Of a stretch of DNA of 64,000 bases, positions 14,095 through 26,682 are shown one piece after another (within the stretch, counting starts at the first letter, position 1; each line of letters begins with the position of its first letter). Below the pieces are notes generated by a model. It was not told the DNA's origin. It did not search any database and saw only the letters and a list, made by a program, of their open reading frames with translations. The position numbers and the translations under genes are program-made. Source of the DNA: Octopus sinensis. Taxonomy: Eukaryota. The stretch is taken from the NCBI RefSeq assembly GCF_006345805.1, contig NC_043003.1:54126001-54190000 (forward strand). Reading direction: 5' to 3'.

Positions 14095-14572
14095 ATACAC
14101 ACACGTATGTATGTATGTAAGTATGTTGTGTATATGTTTAATATCATCTGGGTAATAACCTCATAGCATTTCAAAGCTCCGATATGGTTATCGGCCACCA
14201 TATGCTATCATACAGCAGGAATACTCCTTTTATTGATCATACATTTAGAAATCCGTTGGTGTATGCAGAATTCATAGAAAAATAAAGTCATAATACAAGA
14301 GAATGGAATGAACATGCTTTAATCTAAACATAACAATCGTTTCTGAGCATTAGTACCAACTGTTAGTTGCTGAGTTTTCCATATTATACCTGCTTTTAAA
14401 TAAATATATGAACATGATCTAGCAATGGCTGTGTAGTTACACGTCATCAGGTGAGTGGCTTTAAGAGCACTTTCATTGCCCTGATTATTTGATTGTTAGG
14501 CTTGCACATCAGTAACAAGAGGAGTAGTATTTGAACTCTGATGGACCAAATTTGTTTGAAACTGTCCCGAAG

Positions 14573-14712
14573 ATTCTGTCCGAGGATCATGTTAATGATA
14601 GGCGCCGCTTATTTAGTATCACTGATTCGACGCTGGCCTATTTGACATTCGGTGTTTTAATGTCTCTCTATTTATGTGTGAACATATTTCTCTTTATGCG
14701 TTTGAAGAGAAG
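14573..14712 (+). CDS. Candidate exon encoding a transmembrane helix (...STLAYLTFGVLMSLYLCVNIFLFMRLKR); 5' boundary uncertain
   Basis: Open frame 14,531-14,716 with a ~20-aa hydrophobic stretch followed by basic residues. Strong donor AAG|GTAAGG at 14,712/13 (phase 2). No convincing acceptor. Confidence 0.35.
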
Positions 14713-15279
14713 GTAAGGTTTTTTTTTTATGCTACCCGTTTTCAGTTAATAAATTGCAATGTCTCACACTGTCTCTGACCGTATTTGTATATTTCTGTGC
14801 GCGTAACTTTGGGTGTGTTTTCTTCCCAGTACCCAAAAACGTACTATCACCAAAACAGGTCGATTGTTCAGTCAGCCGTAGAATATCATTAGTGTCCAAA
14901 CAGCCGCGCCCGATTGTCTCATTTCGCAGACCCCTGTGTAAATGTTTTAATGTATGTTGCTTACGTATTTCTTTAATCATCGTGTTCCGATATGAATCTT
15001 ACTTCCCTGATTAATATTTATGCACTATTCACAATAATCCCATCTCGACACCACATATTCTGAGGTGGTGGAACTACCGGTTTAATGTATTATAGTGCAC
15101 TATAAATAGCTGGGTAAACAACACACATTTGTAATATCAGAATGACCCGCGTAGAATCACCGGGATAGCATCTAACAAATCTAGTCTGGTCCTTCAGATT
15201 TCAAATACAACTCTTCTTCTAGACACAATGTATTCTTGAGTTAGAAGCGGAGCGATTCTATGTGCAAAAAGACTGCAAC

Positions 15280-15386
15280 TTTGAATTATCGAACCCAGTA
15301 CTTATTCTTTGTAAGCCTAGTACTTATTTTTTTGCCGAAGCGCTAGGTTACAGGGAAGTAAACACAGACACAGAAACATATATACA

Positions 15387-15436
<50 letters not shown>

Positions 15437-15480
15437 CATACATATACATGCATACATACATACACACACACATATGTATA

Positions 15481-15516
<36 letters not shown>

Positions 15517-15672
15517 AACGACGGGCTTCTTTCAGTTTCCTTCCATCAAATCCACTCAAAAGGGTTTGGTCGGCTCGAGTCTGTAGTAGAAGACACTTGC
15601 CCAAAGTGCCCCGCAGTGGGACTGAACTCGGAACCATGTGGTTGGTAACCAAGCTACTTACTGCACAGCCAC
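15280..15672 (-). mobile_element. SINE family 2, partial
   Basis: Head and tail segments around an internal (CA)/(TA) block. Confidence 0.75.
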
Positions 15673-16429
15673 AATCGAATAAAAGAACATTTAAAAACAA
15701 CAATAACAAACAACAAAAAGACGTACTCATAGAATGTATTCTTTTGACGCTCGGTTAGAAAAGAGAGTGTAATGTTTCGAGCAATATATGTGTGTGTGTG
15801 TGTGTATACACGTAAATGTATATGTAAATAGATACTTACATGCATGTATGTATATGTGTGTACGTGCTTACATAGGTGTATCAATAAATTTCAGTCGACA
15901 GTGTACGTCATAGATTGATATATTCATCAGAAGCGTATAACATTGAAACGACCCTTTTATCGCAAATAATATCTTAGTCGAATTCGCTGCCAAGAATGCG
16001 TTATATATGCAAATCGGTCTCTCCAATTTAATTAAGTTCTTAATAACAGTAGGTTGGTAATGCGTTTATTTGTCTAATGTGTTTAAAACCAGTGTTCTGT
16101 GGAGAATTAGAGAAAATTCGATCGCTAGTGATATCGTATCACGAGATTAAAACTAAACTGATTGGCTGATGCCTCTTTTTTGTCCACGAATATATGCTTT
16201 GTATAGATTATTATTGTGCCGGTAGGATCGTTAGCATGCCGAACAAAGTGCTTAGAGGTAGTTCTTCCACCTCTTTACGTTCTGAATTCAGATCCTGCGC
16301 CTTTGGTACTGAGAAAATTCTTCTTCGTATCTTATTTTTTTCTCAAGTTTTGTTGGAACTCCTGGAGTCTTGCATGCGTAGAGGGCTTGCTACCTGTAGC
16401 CTACGGCACCATACTATCTAGTCTTTTCA

Positions 16430-17085
16430 GTTGATACTTTCCTTGTGATTCTAGCTGTGCCAAGGAGGTAAACCTTTTTGTAACAGCTCTATTGTGTACT
16501 CTATTCCGATTTCCTATGTCTGGTCAGGTGATCGCAGTGGATCATTACATCCCAAAGGATTTTGCAGTTCTTGTTTTCGGTGACTTCTTCTGGAATTTGT
16601 TGATACCATGTCTTTGCTCTTTGTAGGCCGTGATTTCCACAGAGTTCCCAATGGATTATTCTTGCCACATTGTCATGGCGTCTTTTGTATTTGCGTTGTG
16701 CTAATTTTGGGCATTAGCTAACGATGTGCCATACCGTTTCACCCCTCTCACCTACACATTCTGTGTCTGTCTTGATGTTCATATCTCTTGCAAACTGACC
16801 GTGCATTCTTTTTCCTTAATTTCTTGTTTGTTTAAATTTCTCTTTCGTTACACAATTTTCAGTGTTGATGACGCCGACCTTCTTCGTGTGTTTCAACAGT
16901 GGCTCCTCAGCCTTTTTTTATATGCCACCTTAGGCTGTTTTCCTCTGCTGCGATACAGTCCTGCAACTGATCAAATACATCTCACCCTTTCTTCTGGACA
17001 GGTACAGCCTATCGGTGTCACTCTTAAGGCTCTGTGTACTGTCAACATTTTTCTGGTTTTGGTATCCACTTTCTTCATTTCTGTT
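16430..17085 (-). mobile_element. Degenerate R4/Dong-like LINE fragment (thumb, CCHC, RHD, start of RLE)
   Basis: Minus-strand pieces DRLYLSRKKG, RHDNVARIIHWELC and KILWDVMIHCDH; bounded by (TAA)n at 17,091. Confidence 0.7.
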
Positions 17086-17086
17086 T

Positions 17087-17126
<40 letters not shown>

Positions 17127-17148
17127 TATTATTATTATTATTATTATT

Positions 17149-18914
17149 CTATGTTTGACTTTTGCTTTATATTTGTACAAGTTGGCTCCAAGTCTCACCC
17201 AGAGACCTCAAGAGACAACATGGTTGGAAGTTCATGTTGTTGTTATGCCTAGTGTGCCATATATTTGGGGGTGGGGATGTTGTACTAATGAATGTCTAAA
17301 AAAAAAGGTTTTTTTTTTTTTTTTTTAAACCGAAAATTATGTTTGTTTTAAACCTTGAGATTACATAGAGAGTATTTTGCGTAGGATATGAGCAGTTCCC
17401 ATGAGCACTATCTTTTGAACTTCTGCCATTTTTGGGTTTCCTGGTATCTGAGTTAGGTAGCTATCAGCCCCTTTTGCTATCATTGCCAGGGCACCTATGA
17501 CAACAGGTATTGTTTTAGTCTTCAGCTTCCACATTTTGCTGATTTCTATTTCAAGATCTTTATATTTGCTCAGTTTTTGGTAGGTCTTGACAGATACGTT
17601 TATATCGATTGGGACAGTCATATCAATGAGGAGGCATGTTCTTTGTCTGAAGTCTTTCAATGTAATGTCTGGCCTATTTGCATCTATCTTCCTGTCAGTT
17701 TGAATGGTGAAGTTTCAGAGGAGTGAGATGTGGTCATTTTCAAGCACTGGGGGTGGTTTGTGTTCCACCAGTTTTTTTCATGGGGCAAATCCAGTTTTTA
17801 CAGATTACCCAGTGAATATATTGTGCAGCTCTATCGTGCCTGTTGAGATACTCTGTAGGCGCTAGAAGACTGCACTTGGAGACCACATGGTCAATGGTTT
17901 CATTTTGTTGCTTGCATACACGACACGTTGGACTGCTTCTGATCTTTAATATGTTGGCCTGGTAGTTTCTTGTTGGTAGGCATTGATCTGAGCTGCTATG
18001 ATAAACACCTCTGTTTCAGATTTTAAGCCAGAGGCCATTAGCCATTGATGGGTCAGGGCTTTGTCGATATCTGCATTATTCGCTCTCTTTGGGTATTTGC
18101 CATAGAGAGGTTTTTCTTGCCATTTATTATTCAGAATATCTAAGGCCGCAGTTTTGGCACGGGTTTTCATGCGCCTAGCTTTTTCTGTGCTTGTTTCTTG
18201 TATATCTATCTCTAATTCCGAAATTGGTTGTATTCGGAATTCACTTAGATATTCCTTTGCCTGTTTTGTGACTGAGTATGATGCTTTCTTGTTTTCATGT
18301 TTTGAGACAAGTTTTAACATCCAGTCCTCAGAGTTTTTCAGGTAGGTGTCTAGGCCAATTGTAGCAATCTTCATTGTTATTGCCAGTTGCAAAAGACCAC
18401 GGCCTCCCTCTTTTCTTGGCAGATAGAGTCGTTCTGTATCTGCCTTAGGGTGGGGCATTCTATGCATTGTCAACAGTTTCCTTATTTTTCTGTCGAGCTG
18501 ACATATTTCAGTAATTGACCAGTTAACAATATTGAAACTGTAAGTCACGACTGGTATAGCTAATGCATTGATTGCTTCGATCCTGTTTCTTGCATTCAGC
18601 TCTGTCTTGAGTATTGCTCTCACTCTTCGATAGCATTCTCTCCTGATCCTTTCCTTCATCTCTGAATGCCTTATTCCGTTCCCTTCAATTACCCCTAGGT
18701 ACTTGTAGCTCTCCGCTGGGTCTAGTTCTTTTATGACATTCTGTTGGTCAAGGTTAACGTTAGATGTTTCTGTCATTTTTCCTTTGATAAAGGTAGCCTT
18801 TGCACATTTATCGAGGCCGAATTGCATTCTGATGTCGTCACTGAATTGTTTGACTATCGCTAGTAAGCCCTTGAGTTGTTGATCATTTTTTGCAAAAAGC
18901 TTTAAATCATCCAT
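17149..18914 (-). mobile_element. Young 5'-truncated R4/Dong-like LINE inside (TAA)n
   Basis: ORF-track 17946-19010 and 17361-17660 give MDDLKLF (RT catalytic motif), YKYLG, CRVCKQQNETIDHVVSKC, RHD and RPDI...IDMTVP...KLSKY (PD-(D/E)xK). The 3' UTR ends in (AAT)n at 17,091-17,148 and the 5' junction abuts (AAT)n at 18,913+. Confidence 0.92.
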
Positions 18915-18915
18915 T

Positions 18916-18948
<33 letters not shown>

Positions 18949-18974
18949 ATTATTATTGTTGCTGTTGTTGTTGT

Positions 18975-19150
18975 TATTGTATTTCGCCCGACGCTACTTT
19001 CTGAGTTCAAATTCCGCCGAGGTCACCATTGTCTTTCATCCTTTCGGGGTCAATAAAATAATAAGTACCTGTTGAATAGTGGGGGGTCGATGCAATCGAC
19101 TTATCCCTTCTCCTCAAAATGGCTGCCGCTCTTGTGGAAAATTTGAAACC
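18975..19150 (+). mobile_element. SINE family 1, 5'-truncated, (ATT)n tail
   Basis: GTTCAAATTCCGCCGAGGTC B-box region and core, ending TTTGAAACC(ATT)n. Confidence 0.75.
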
Positions 19151-19169
19151 ATTATTATTATTATTATTA

Positions 19170-19210
<41 letters not shown>

Positions 19211-19294
19211 TATTATTATTATTTGTTTTTGTTGTTGTTGTCGTTGTTGTTATTATTATTAGCAGTAGTATTAGTATTATTATCTTTGCGCAGC

Positions 19295-19795
19295 TTCTGA
19301 CACACCACACCTTTTCAGTCAGAACTCCATTCTGGTATCAGTACTGAAAGTATACACCGTATCAATGAGGGAACTGACTTTACCATAAAGTTTGAGGTCA
19401 TCCATGAATAACAAATGGTTGACTTTTTGTTGGCAGCTTTTGAATACATACTTAGCCTTTGCTATCCTCAGAATCAGTCTTAGTGGTATCATGCACAGTA
19501 CAAATATCAGTGGGGACTGGCAGTCCCCTTGGAAGATGCTTCTCCTGATTTCTATTGTCTCTAAACTTCTTCCATATGCTGTTAGTTCCGTACTCCACTT
19601 CGCCGTACCTTTTCCAAGACATCACTCAACATTCGATGGAATACCAAATAGATTTATATATTCCATAATCCAAGAATGTGGGATCATATCGTACGCCTTA
19701 CGATAGTCGATCCATGACATGGCTAAGTTAGTTTTCTTCCTCTTGCAGTCTACCAGGATTTGATCTTTGGTACCTCTGCGCTTACGCTTGCTGAC
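19295..19795 (-). mobile_element. R4/Dong-like LINE RT core fragment
   Basis: Minus strand reads RGTKDQIL...WIDYRKAYDMIPH...IFQGDCQSPL...HLLFMDDLKLYGK. Confidence 0.85.
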
Positions 19796-20002
19796 AAATT
19801 ATTGGACTATATCCGAGTATGTAATACTCATTAAAATTTATTTCTATTTTCCGAGTGAAACTTCGTATTTTAACTGTGTATCTCCTCCGTCACTCGCATA
19901 ACACGTGTAAACACACTCGCTACACTGACAAAGCGCTGAACTGCATCCGAGTAAGTAATACTAATTAAAAGTGTTGGACAAAGTACACATTGGACTATAT
20001 CC

Positions 20003-20054
<52 letters not shown>

Positions 20055-20056
<2 letters not shown>

Positions 20057-20340
20057 CGAAATTGCGCCGGGCAATATGCTTAGTAGCATTTCGTCCGTCT
20101 TAAGGTTCTGAGTAAAAATTCGTTGGGGTCGTTGAAATAAGGTCCATTTGTGTACTGGGGTCGATGTAATCAACTTAGCTCTACCCTGAAATTGCTAGCC
20201 TTGTGCCAACCTTTGAAACCACCATCATTATTAGTTAGTTAAATTCCTCCGATGTCAACTTTGCCTATAATCCTTTCGAGGCCGATAATTGACTTAGCCC
20301 CTCCCCCAAAATTTCAGGCCTTGAGCCTATAGTAGAAATA
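20055..20340 (+). mobile_element. Two degenerate SINE family 1 pieces between (ATT)n tracts
   Basis: Core and tail motifs (GGGGTCGATGTAATC; CCCCAAAATTTCAGGCCTTG). Confidence 0.6.
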
Positions 20341-20355
20341 ATAATAATAATGATA

Positions 20356-20409
<54 letters not shown>

Positions 20410-20434
20410 GTTATAATTATTTTAATCTGCATAT

Positions 20435-20975
20435 TTGTTACAATCACTTGCTGAGACATTATCCTAGGGTGAGTGAAGGTTAAGAGATGTTACCGTATGA
20501 CTGACAGCTGGTGGAGGCGAAGTGGGAGGGGCAGTAGCGAAATATCTTCATGTAATACAACACAGACATTTAAATTAATAGGGTTTTTCTAAGGATGTGG
20601 ACAGTACTTGTCAGCACAATCTTTTGGATTTCTCTGAGACATGGTTCTCCTGAGATATTATCTAGATGTTTCTGACATCCCACAATAACGAGAACAGGGC
20701 ACCCACAATAACAGGAACAGTTCTCGCTTTAAGATGCCACATCTTTTGTATTTCAATTTCCAGGTCCTTATATTTACATAATTTGCCAAATTCCTTTACA
20801 CATATTTTTATCAGTGAGAACACTTACATCTATTTATTCTACAAGTATGTTCTTCCCTGTACTTTTAATGGCTATGTCGATTAGCATCGGTCGTTGTATC
20901 GGTGTTGACTGGAAAATCCCAGAGGATAGTGACATTTTTACCTTCAAAGACTGGCTCAGGATGATGTTCATACCA
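20435..20975 (-). mobile_element. Degenerate R4/Dong-like LINE 3' end (RLE tail plus UTR)
   Basis: Minus strand ...YKDLEIEIQKMWHLK...IQKIVLTSTVHILRK; (AAT)n tail at 20,340-20,430. Confidence 0.7.
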
Positions 20976-20992
20976 GTATTATTATTATTATT

Positions 20993-21196
20993 AAGGCAGC
21001 GAGCTGGTGGAATCATTAGCACGCTGGACGAAATGCTTAGCGGTATTTCGGCCGTCGCTACGTTCTGAGTTCAAATTTTATGCTTTCGGGGTCGACGAAT
21101 TAAGTACCAGTGAAGCACTGGGGTCAATGTAATCGACTTATCCCCCTCTCCGCAAAATAGCTGCCATTGTGGGAAAATTTGAAACCATTATTATTA

Positions 21197-21258
<62 letters not shown>

Positions 21259-21362
21259 GTTGTTGTTATTATTATTATTAAGGCAGCGAGCTGGCAGAAT
21301 CGTTAGCATGCTAGACGAAATGCTTAGCGGTATTTCGCCTGTCGTTACGTTCTGAGTTCAAT
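20993..21362 (+). mobile_element. Two SINE family 1 copies separated by (ATT)n
   Basis: Heads AAGGCAGCGAGCTGG at ~20,993 and ~21,279. Confidence 0.8.
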
Positions 21363-21992
21363 ATTCGAGCAGAATAGTTGCTGTCTTCTTCTTCTTCTTC
21401 TTCTTCTTCTTCTTCTTCTTCTTCTTCTTCTTCTTCTTCTTCTTCTTCTTCTTCTTCTTCTTCTTCTACGTAGTTGGTATTTGCGCGAAATTTTGTATGC
21501 TATATCTTATTGCACAGTATATTGAAACGAAGCATAGTTAATGTAGCCAGTAATCTGCCATAGAGGTAGAGGACTTGCAACGGTAATGAGTACTAACCCC
21601 GCCAGAGCTGGTTAGCATCTAAAACTTATGTTAGTGGAAAATTGAATGAGATTTCTGGGATATTTAGTCATATGTCATGGTTATATTTTTCATACAATCT
21701 CATCCCGTGAGCGATAAAGCCAGGCCGATTGTAAGTCAGCAAATATTCCTGAAACCACGCTCATTATTTTTGACAAAGCAGAGCACAGTGGATAATAGAC
21801 TGATGTATATACATAAATAAATAAATAATAATAACCATACATACGTACACACGCACACACACATGTATATATTATATATATATATTATATATAATATATA
21901 TAATATATATATATAATATATATTATATTTGTATATAGGTAGTGCGTCGATTTGATTAAGGTATATACACACACACATATATATATATACAC

Positions 21993-22043
<51 letters not shown>

Positions 22044-22192
22044 TTTTCTCTAGTTTCAGCTCAGAGCTGCGGCCATGCTGATTGCACCGCCGTTTTATAT
22101 ATATTATATATAATATTTATATATAATATATATATAATATTTTATATTATATATATTATATATATAATATTTTATATTATATATATATATAT

Positions 22193-22315
22193 TCCAAAGA
22201 CTGTTTCGGACTCAGATTGGCCCCACTAGCCATCTGCGAACTCATGAAACAACCCCACACTACCCCAGGACGACTAGATAGTCTTCGTCGCATCGACGGA
22301 CAAACTACACACACA
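22193..22315 (+). mobile_element. RTE-clade LINE 3' end with (CA)n tail
   Basis: Reads QRLFRTQIGPTSHLRTH, matching the RTE C-terminal IGL.SHLRTH motif; short UTR, then ACAC repeats. Confidence 0.6.
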
Positions 22316-22389
22316 CACATAGATATATTGGAAAATGTGTGTGATCCTTGGTACAGTCAGGTATATTTGTTAAAAAACAGAATGACTTC

Positions 22390-22459
<70 letters not shown>

Positions 22460-22705
22460 CATGCATATAGATCTATATATGTAGTATGTGGATGTGCCAA
22501 CTTTGATGTGCTAGGTCTATGTAATACTATAATCAATTAATTATGGATCACTTTAGGTGCAGAATTTACGTCTCATCGTATTACATAACGTTAATTCGTT
22601 TGAACGAGGTAAATTATGTAGTACAAAATTATATTTCTCCATTCATCTTTTGTTTTTTACCTAAACACACAATACACAGGCGCACGCACATACATATGTA
22701 TGTTT

Positions 22706-22736
<31 letters not shown>

Positions 22737-23239
22737 TATATATATGAACTTTTAAAATAAGATGGATTGGTTACGACTGGAATGATTTTGGCCATGGGTG
22801 AGCTACGGTTCTTAACTATAGCAATAACTGTTAAATGTTAACCAGATAAAATAGAAAATCACGATAAAATCCCACCTCGCCGCATAAGAAAAGCTTCTCT
22901 AAAAGGGGAAAGGATTCATGCAACATTAGTTTTCCTCAGTTTTATAACTCCGCTGTATTTATGATGCAATATTACATTATTCATAGCGTGAAACAACAAC
23001 GGGTACCTCTACGTAGTCGTTCCAATTGCTCGAAATAGTTACAGAATCCGACGTGAAAATGGAATGATATATAAGAAAATATAATTATAAATCGAATTAC
23101 AAAGCTATAATGGTGGCTCTTTCGAAGACCTATCAACTTTCTGAATATATCTGTTTGATCAGGCCTAATTCCACACAATACGGTAACATACTATTTGTAT
23201 TATATACAGTTCATACACAACTACAGCAGTATTTATATT

Positions 23240-23420
23240 TCAAAAGGCAAAACGTCATTTCATCCGTCTGTACCTTCTTAGTTCAAATTCCGCTGTGGTT
23301 GACATTGGCTTTCATCCTTTTAGGGTCCAAAAAAGTAAGCAGCAGTTGAACACTGGGGTCAATGTAATCGACTTACCCCTTCCCTTTACTAGCCATGTGT
23401 CGCAATTTGAAATTAATATT
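23240..23420 (+). mobile_element. Degenerate SINE family 1
   Basis: GTTCAAATTCCGCTGTGGTTGAC...CTGGGGTCAATGTAATCGAC. Confidence 0.65.
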
Positions 23421-24473
23421 TATGCACTAAGAAACATTAGCACTATGACCGGCGTTATCGTGTCTAGTGGTAGTGCTTGTTGTTCGTTGCCGGGTCACAG
23501 TAAAAATTTCTCACTAAATCACATTTCAGCCCGGCTCAATTTTGCTGTTTATGAGCTTGCTGGAGCTTTTTATGAGAGTAATTGATATTCATCGGACTTC
23601 GGTTTTTACACCTGGAATGGCATAATCATGGAAACTTAGCGGGACTGTGCACATGTCATTAGTCGGAGGCAGAAGACAGCGAAAATCTCGAATTTGGCCG
23701 CAAAATAACTTATGGGCATAAGGGGTCGGTTTATCGATTTCTTTAAATGGCTTTCTGGGGTGAATGGGAAAATGAAAAGATCTTCACGACCACCCTTAGA
23801 CAGTTTGGAAAGCCCATAGAAAATGCGAGCTTTTTACGTGAAAAGCTGTGGATTTGTATAAAGGACACACAGATACACAGACATTTTGCCGTTTATAGAT
23901 ATAGAGATTATTTTAATACGTCGTTCGGTTGTACACCAACAAATGCATCATGACCACTATTAACAGGGTCTGTTCTGTTGCAGATATCCAGACAGATATC
24001 CGGTTCCAGGGGACTTTCATTCTCATTCTCACAATTCATAAAATCCTGTAAAGAACCATGGGGATTTTCTGCCGACTAAGCTTTAAAATATTACCAATAC
24101 AGATGCCAGAACGTGTCAGAACAAAAGGGTTCCAAATCATCTGCTTCACAAGGAAACCATGATTGACACCGTCTGTTGAAGCCAAAGGAGGCGATCTATC
24201 TTTGGTATTGAAATAACCCTTTTACTAGTTCTTTTACTCAGCTCTGTCAATACATGATGAGTAAACTGTGTATATGCATATACAGGTATTTTACACTGGT
24301 TACCATAATACAAAAACACTTTCAATTGGACAGTGTACATTTCACATATTGGCCGGGAACATCTACGAGCACTTCATAGGTGTAATCAAACAACTGACAA
24401 GCAAATCTGTGATATTGAGCAGAATATTTGTTGTATATTAACATCGTCGTTATCATCTTCATCGCTATTATTA

Positions 24474-24534
<61 letters not shown>

Positions 24535-24945
24535 AATTCCGCCAAGGTCGACTTTGAATTTCATCATTTCGGAGTCAATAAATTAGATACCAGTGAAACA
24601 CTGGGGTCGTGGAAAGATGCTAGCGTACCAACCTCGTGGTTCTGGGTCTTCTACTATAGCCTCGGGCCGACTAAAGCCTTGTGAGTAGAAATTGGTAGAC
24701 GGGAAGTGAAAGAAACCCTGTCTGTGTGTGTGTGTCTTTGTGTCTTTGTTTGAAACCCCATCATCATTTGACACCCGGTGTTGGTGTGTTAATGTCCTCG
24801 TAACGTAGCGGTTCGGGAACGGAGGTCGATACAATAAGTAGCCCTAGGGTTCGATTTGTTCTACTAAAAATTCTTTAAGGTCCTGCTCCAGCATGGCCAC
24901 AGTCAAATGACCGAAACAAGTAAAAGAATGAAAGAATGAAAGGAA
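24535..24945 (+). mobile_element. SINE family 1 core joined to a 5'-truncated SINE family 2
   Basis: Family 1 core to ~24,608, then CTTCTACTATAGCCTCGGGCCGAC through to the AAAAGAATG tail. Confidence 0.7.
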
Positions 24946-26582
24946 ATAATTTCATACACATAAAGGAAACCCTCCTTTAATTTTGAATGCAATGTAGGCC
25001 ACAACACTTTTTACTTTAAGAATAAAATTTCGATATAAGAACAGAAATGCCGATTTATCGATGACAAAGGAAAAAGAAATGAGATATAAAAATAAAAATA
25101 AAAATATAAATGTGTAGGATGATGGGGGTTATTACTGCATTTGTAGTTGATGGAAATCTTGATGGTGATGATGACGATAATATTGGTAGAGGTGAACACT
25201 AGGTCAATTTAAAATCAAATGGAAAACAAGCTTATTGTTATTTTTTGAAGTCCAATATATTAAATATTTTCTTTTAGTTTTCGTGATAAACTAAGCTAGT
25301 TTATGATTTATCTGTCATCAAACTAGTCTGAAATATGGTAAATGTTAATAAGTCATTCCTTATCTTCTCTCTCTTCCTCTCTCCTCTCTGTACACTCACA
25401 CAGACACACATAGACACACGCTCATACATACGCACGCATATATACATGTATATACTTATACATTTATATATTTATAAAAAAAATATAGATGTATGTAGAT
25501 ACATGTATAAAAATAGATATATATAAAATATATATTATATATATATATATGTTATAAACATATAGATGTATTATATACATGTATGTATAAAAATATAGAT
25601 GCATATATATATATAATACATATATATATATATATATTAGTATATATATATCCACATATATATATTAGTATATATATATATATAAAGATATATATATATA
25701 TATGCACACCTATATGTGTATAGATAAATGTGTGCCGTGTGTATATATACATACACACATGCACATAGGTGTGGTGCGCGCGCGTGTGATTGTGTATATA
25801 TGTGTATGTATGTTTGTATGTGCGTCTGCGCGCTCGTGCGTGTGTATGTCTGTGCGTGTGCCTGTATGCTCTCGATCACACGATTTTTTTTTTACTTATA
25901 TACAGTAATAAAAGAGAAATACTAATGTGGGAAACTCAAGTCCTGGTTATGTTGGTGACATTACTTTTGATTTAGGAGATTATTATAAGCCTACATTGTC
26001 TAGTTTATTTACTTTACGTGTGTGTGTGCGTGGTGAATATATATATATATATATTATATATATTATATATATATATATATTATATATATATATATATATA
26101 TTTTATATATTGTATATATATATATATTTATATATGTATATATATTGCATATATATCCTAAGAGCCGAACGGATGTAAGCTTCTGAGTAAGTAACTTGAT
26201 AACAAGTGACATAGAAAATATGAACTAATAATTTATTTATATCCAAAATGAACGCTTTCAACAACGCACTACTGAAGATATGCTCAAACGCTTGCTTTGA
26301 ATAATGAATGTACGAGGAAAAGAATTGTTCAACGACCGTTTAGTTTCGTATGCGATAACCTTGCTCGAACGCAGGCTATTACAATCAAAATATATATCCG
26401 CAAATACAGTTACCAAGCCAAATCCATAAATGAAAGACTAGGACCCTGTCTATCTATCAGTCAATTTATCTGTCTATCTGCCTGTCTGTCTTTCTGCTTG
26501 TCTGCCTGTCTATCTGTCTCTATCTCTATCTATCTAATCTACTATCTATCTATCTATCTATCTCTATATCTATCTATCTATC

Positions 26583-26638
<56 letters not shown>

Positions 26639-26639
26639 G

Positions 26640-26680
<41 letters not shown>

Positions 26681-26682
26681 CT

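Noticed and set aside
23950-24070. Minus-strand exon candidate DFMNCENENESPLEPDICLDICNRTDP
   Set aside because: Good acceptor but no convincing donor or partner exon.
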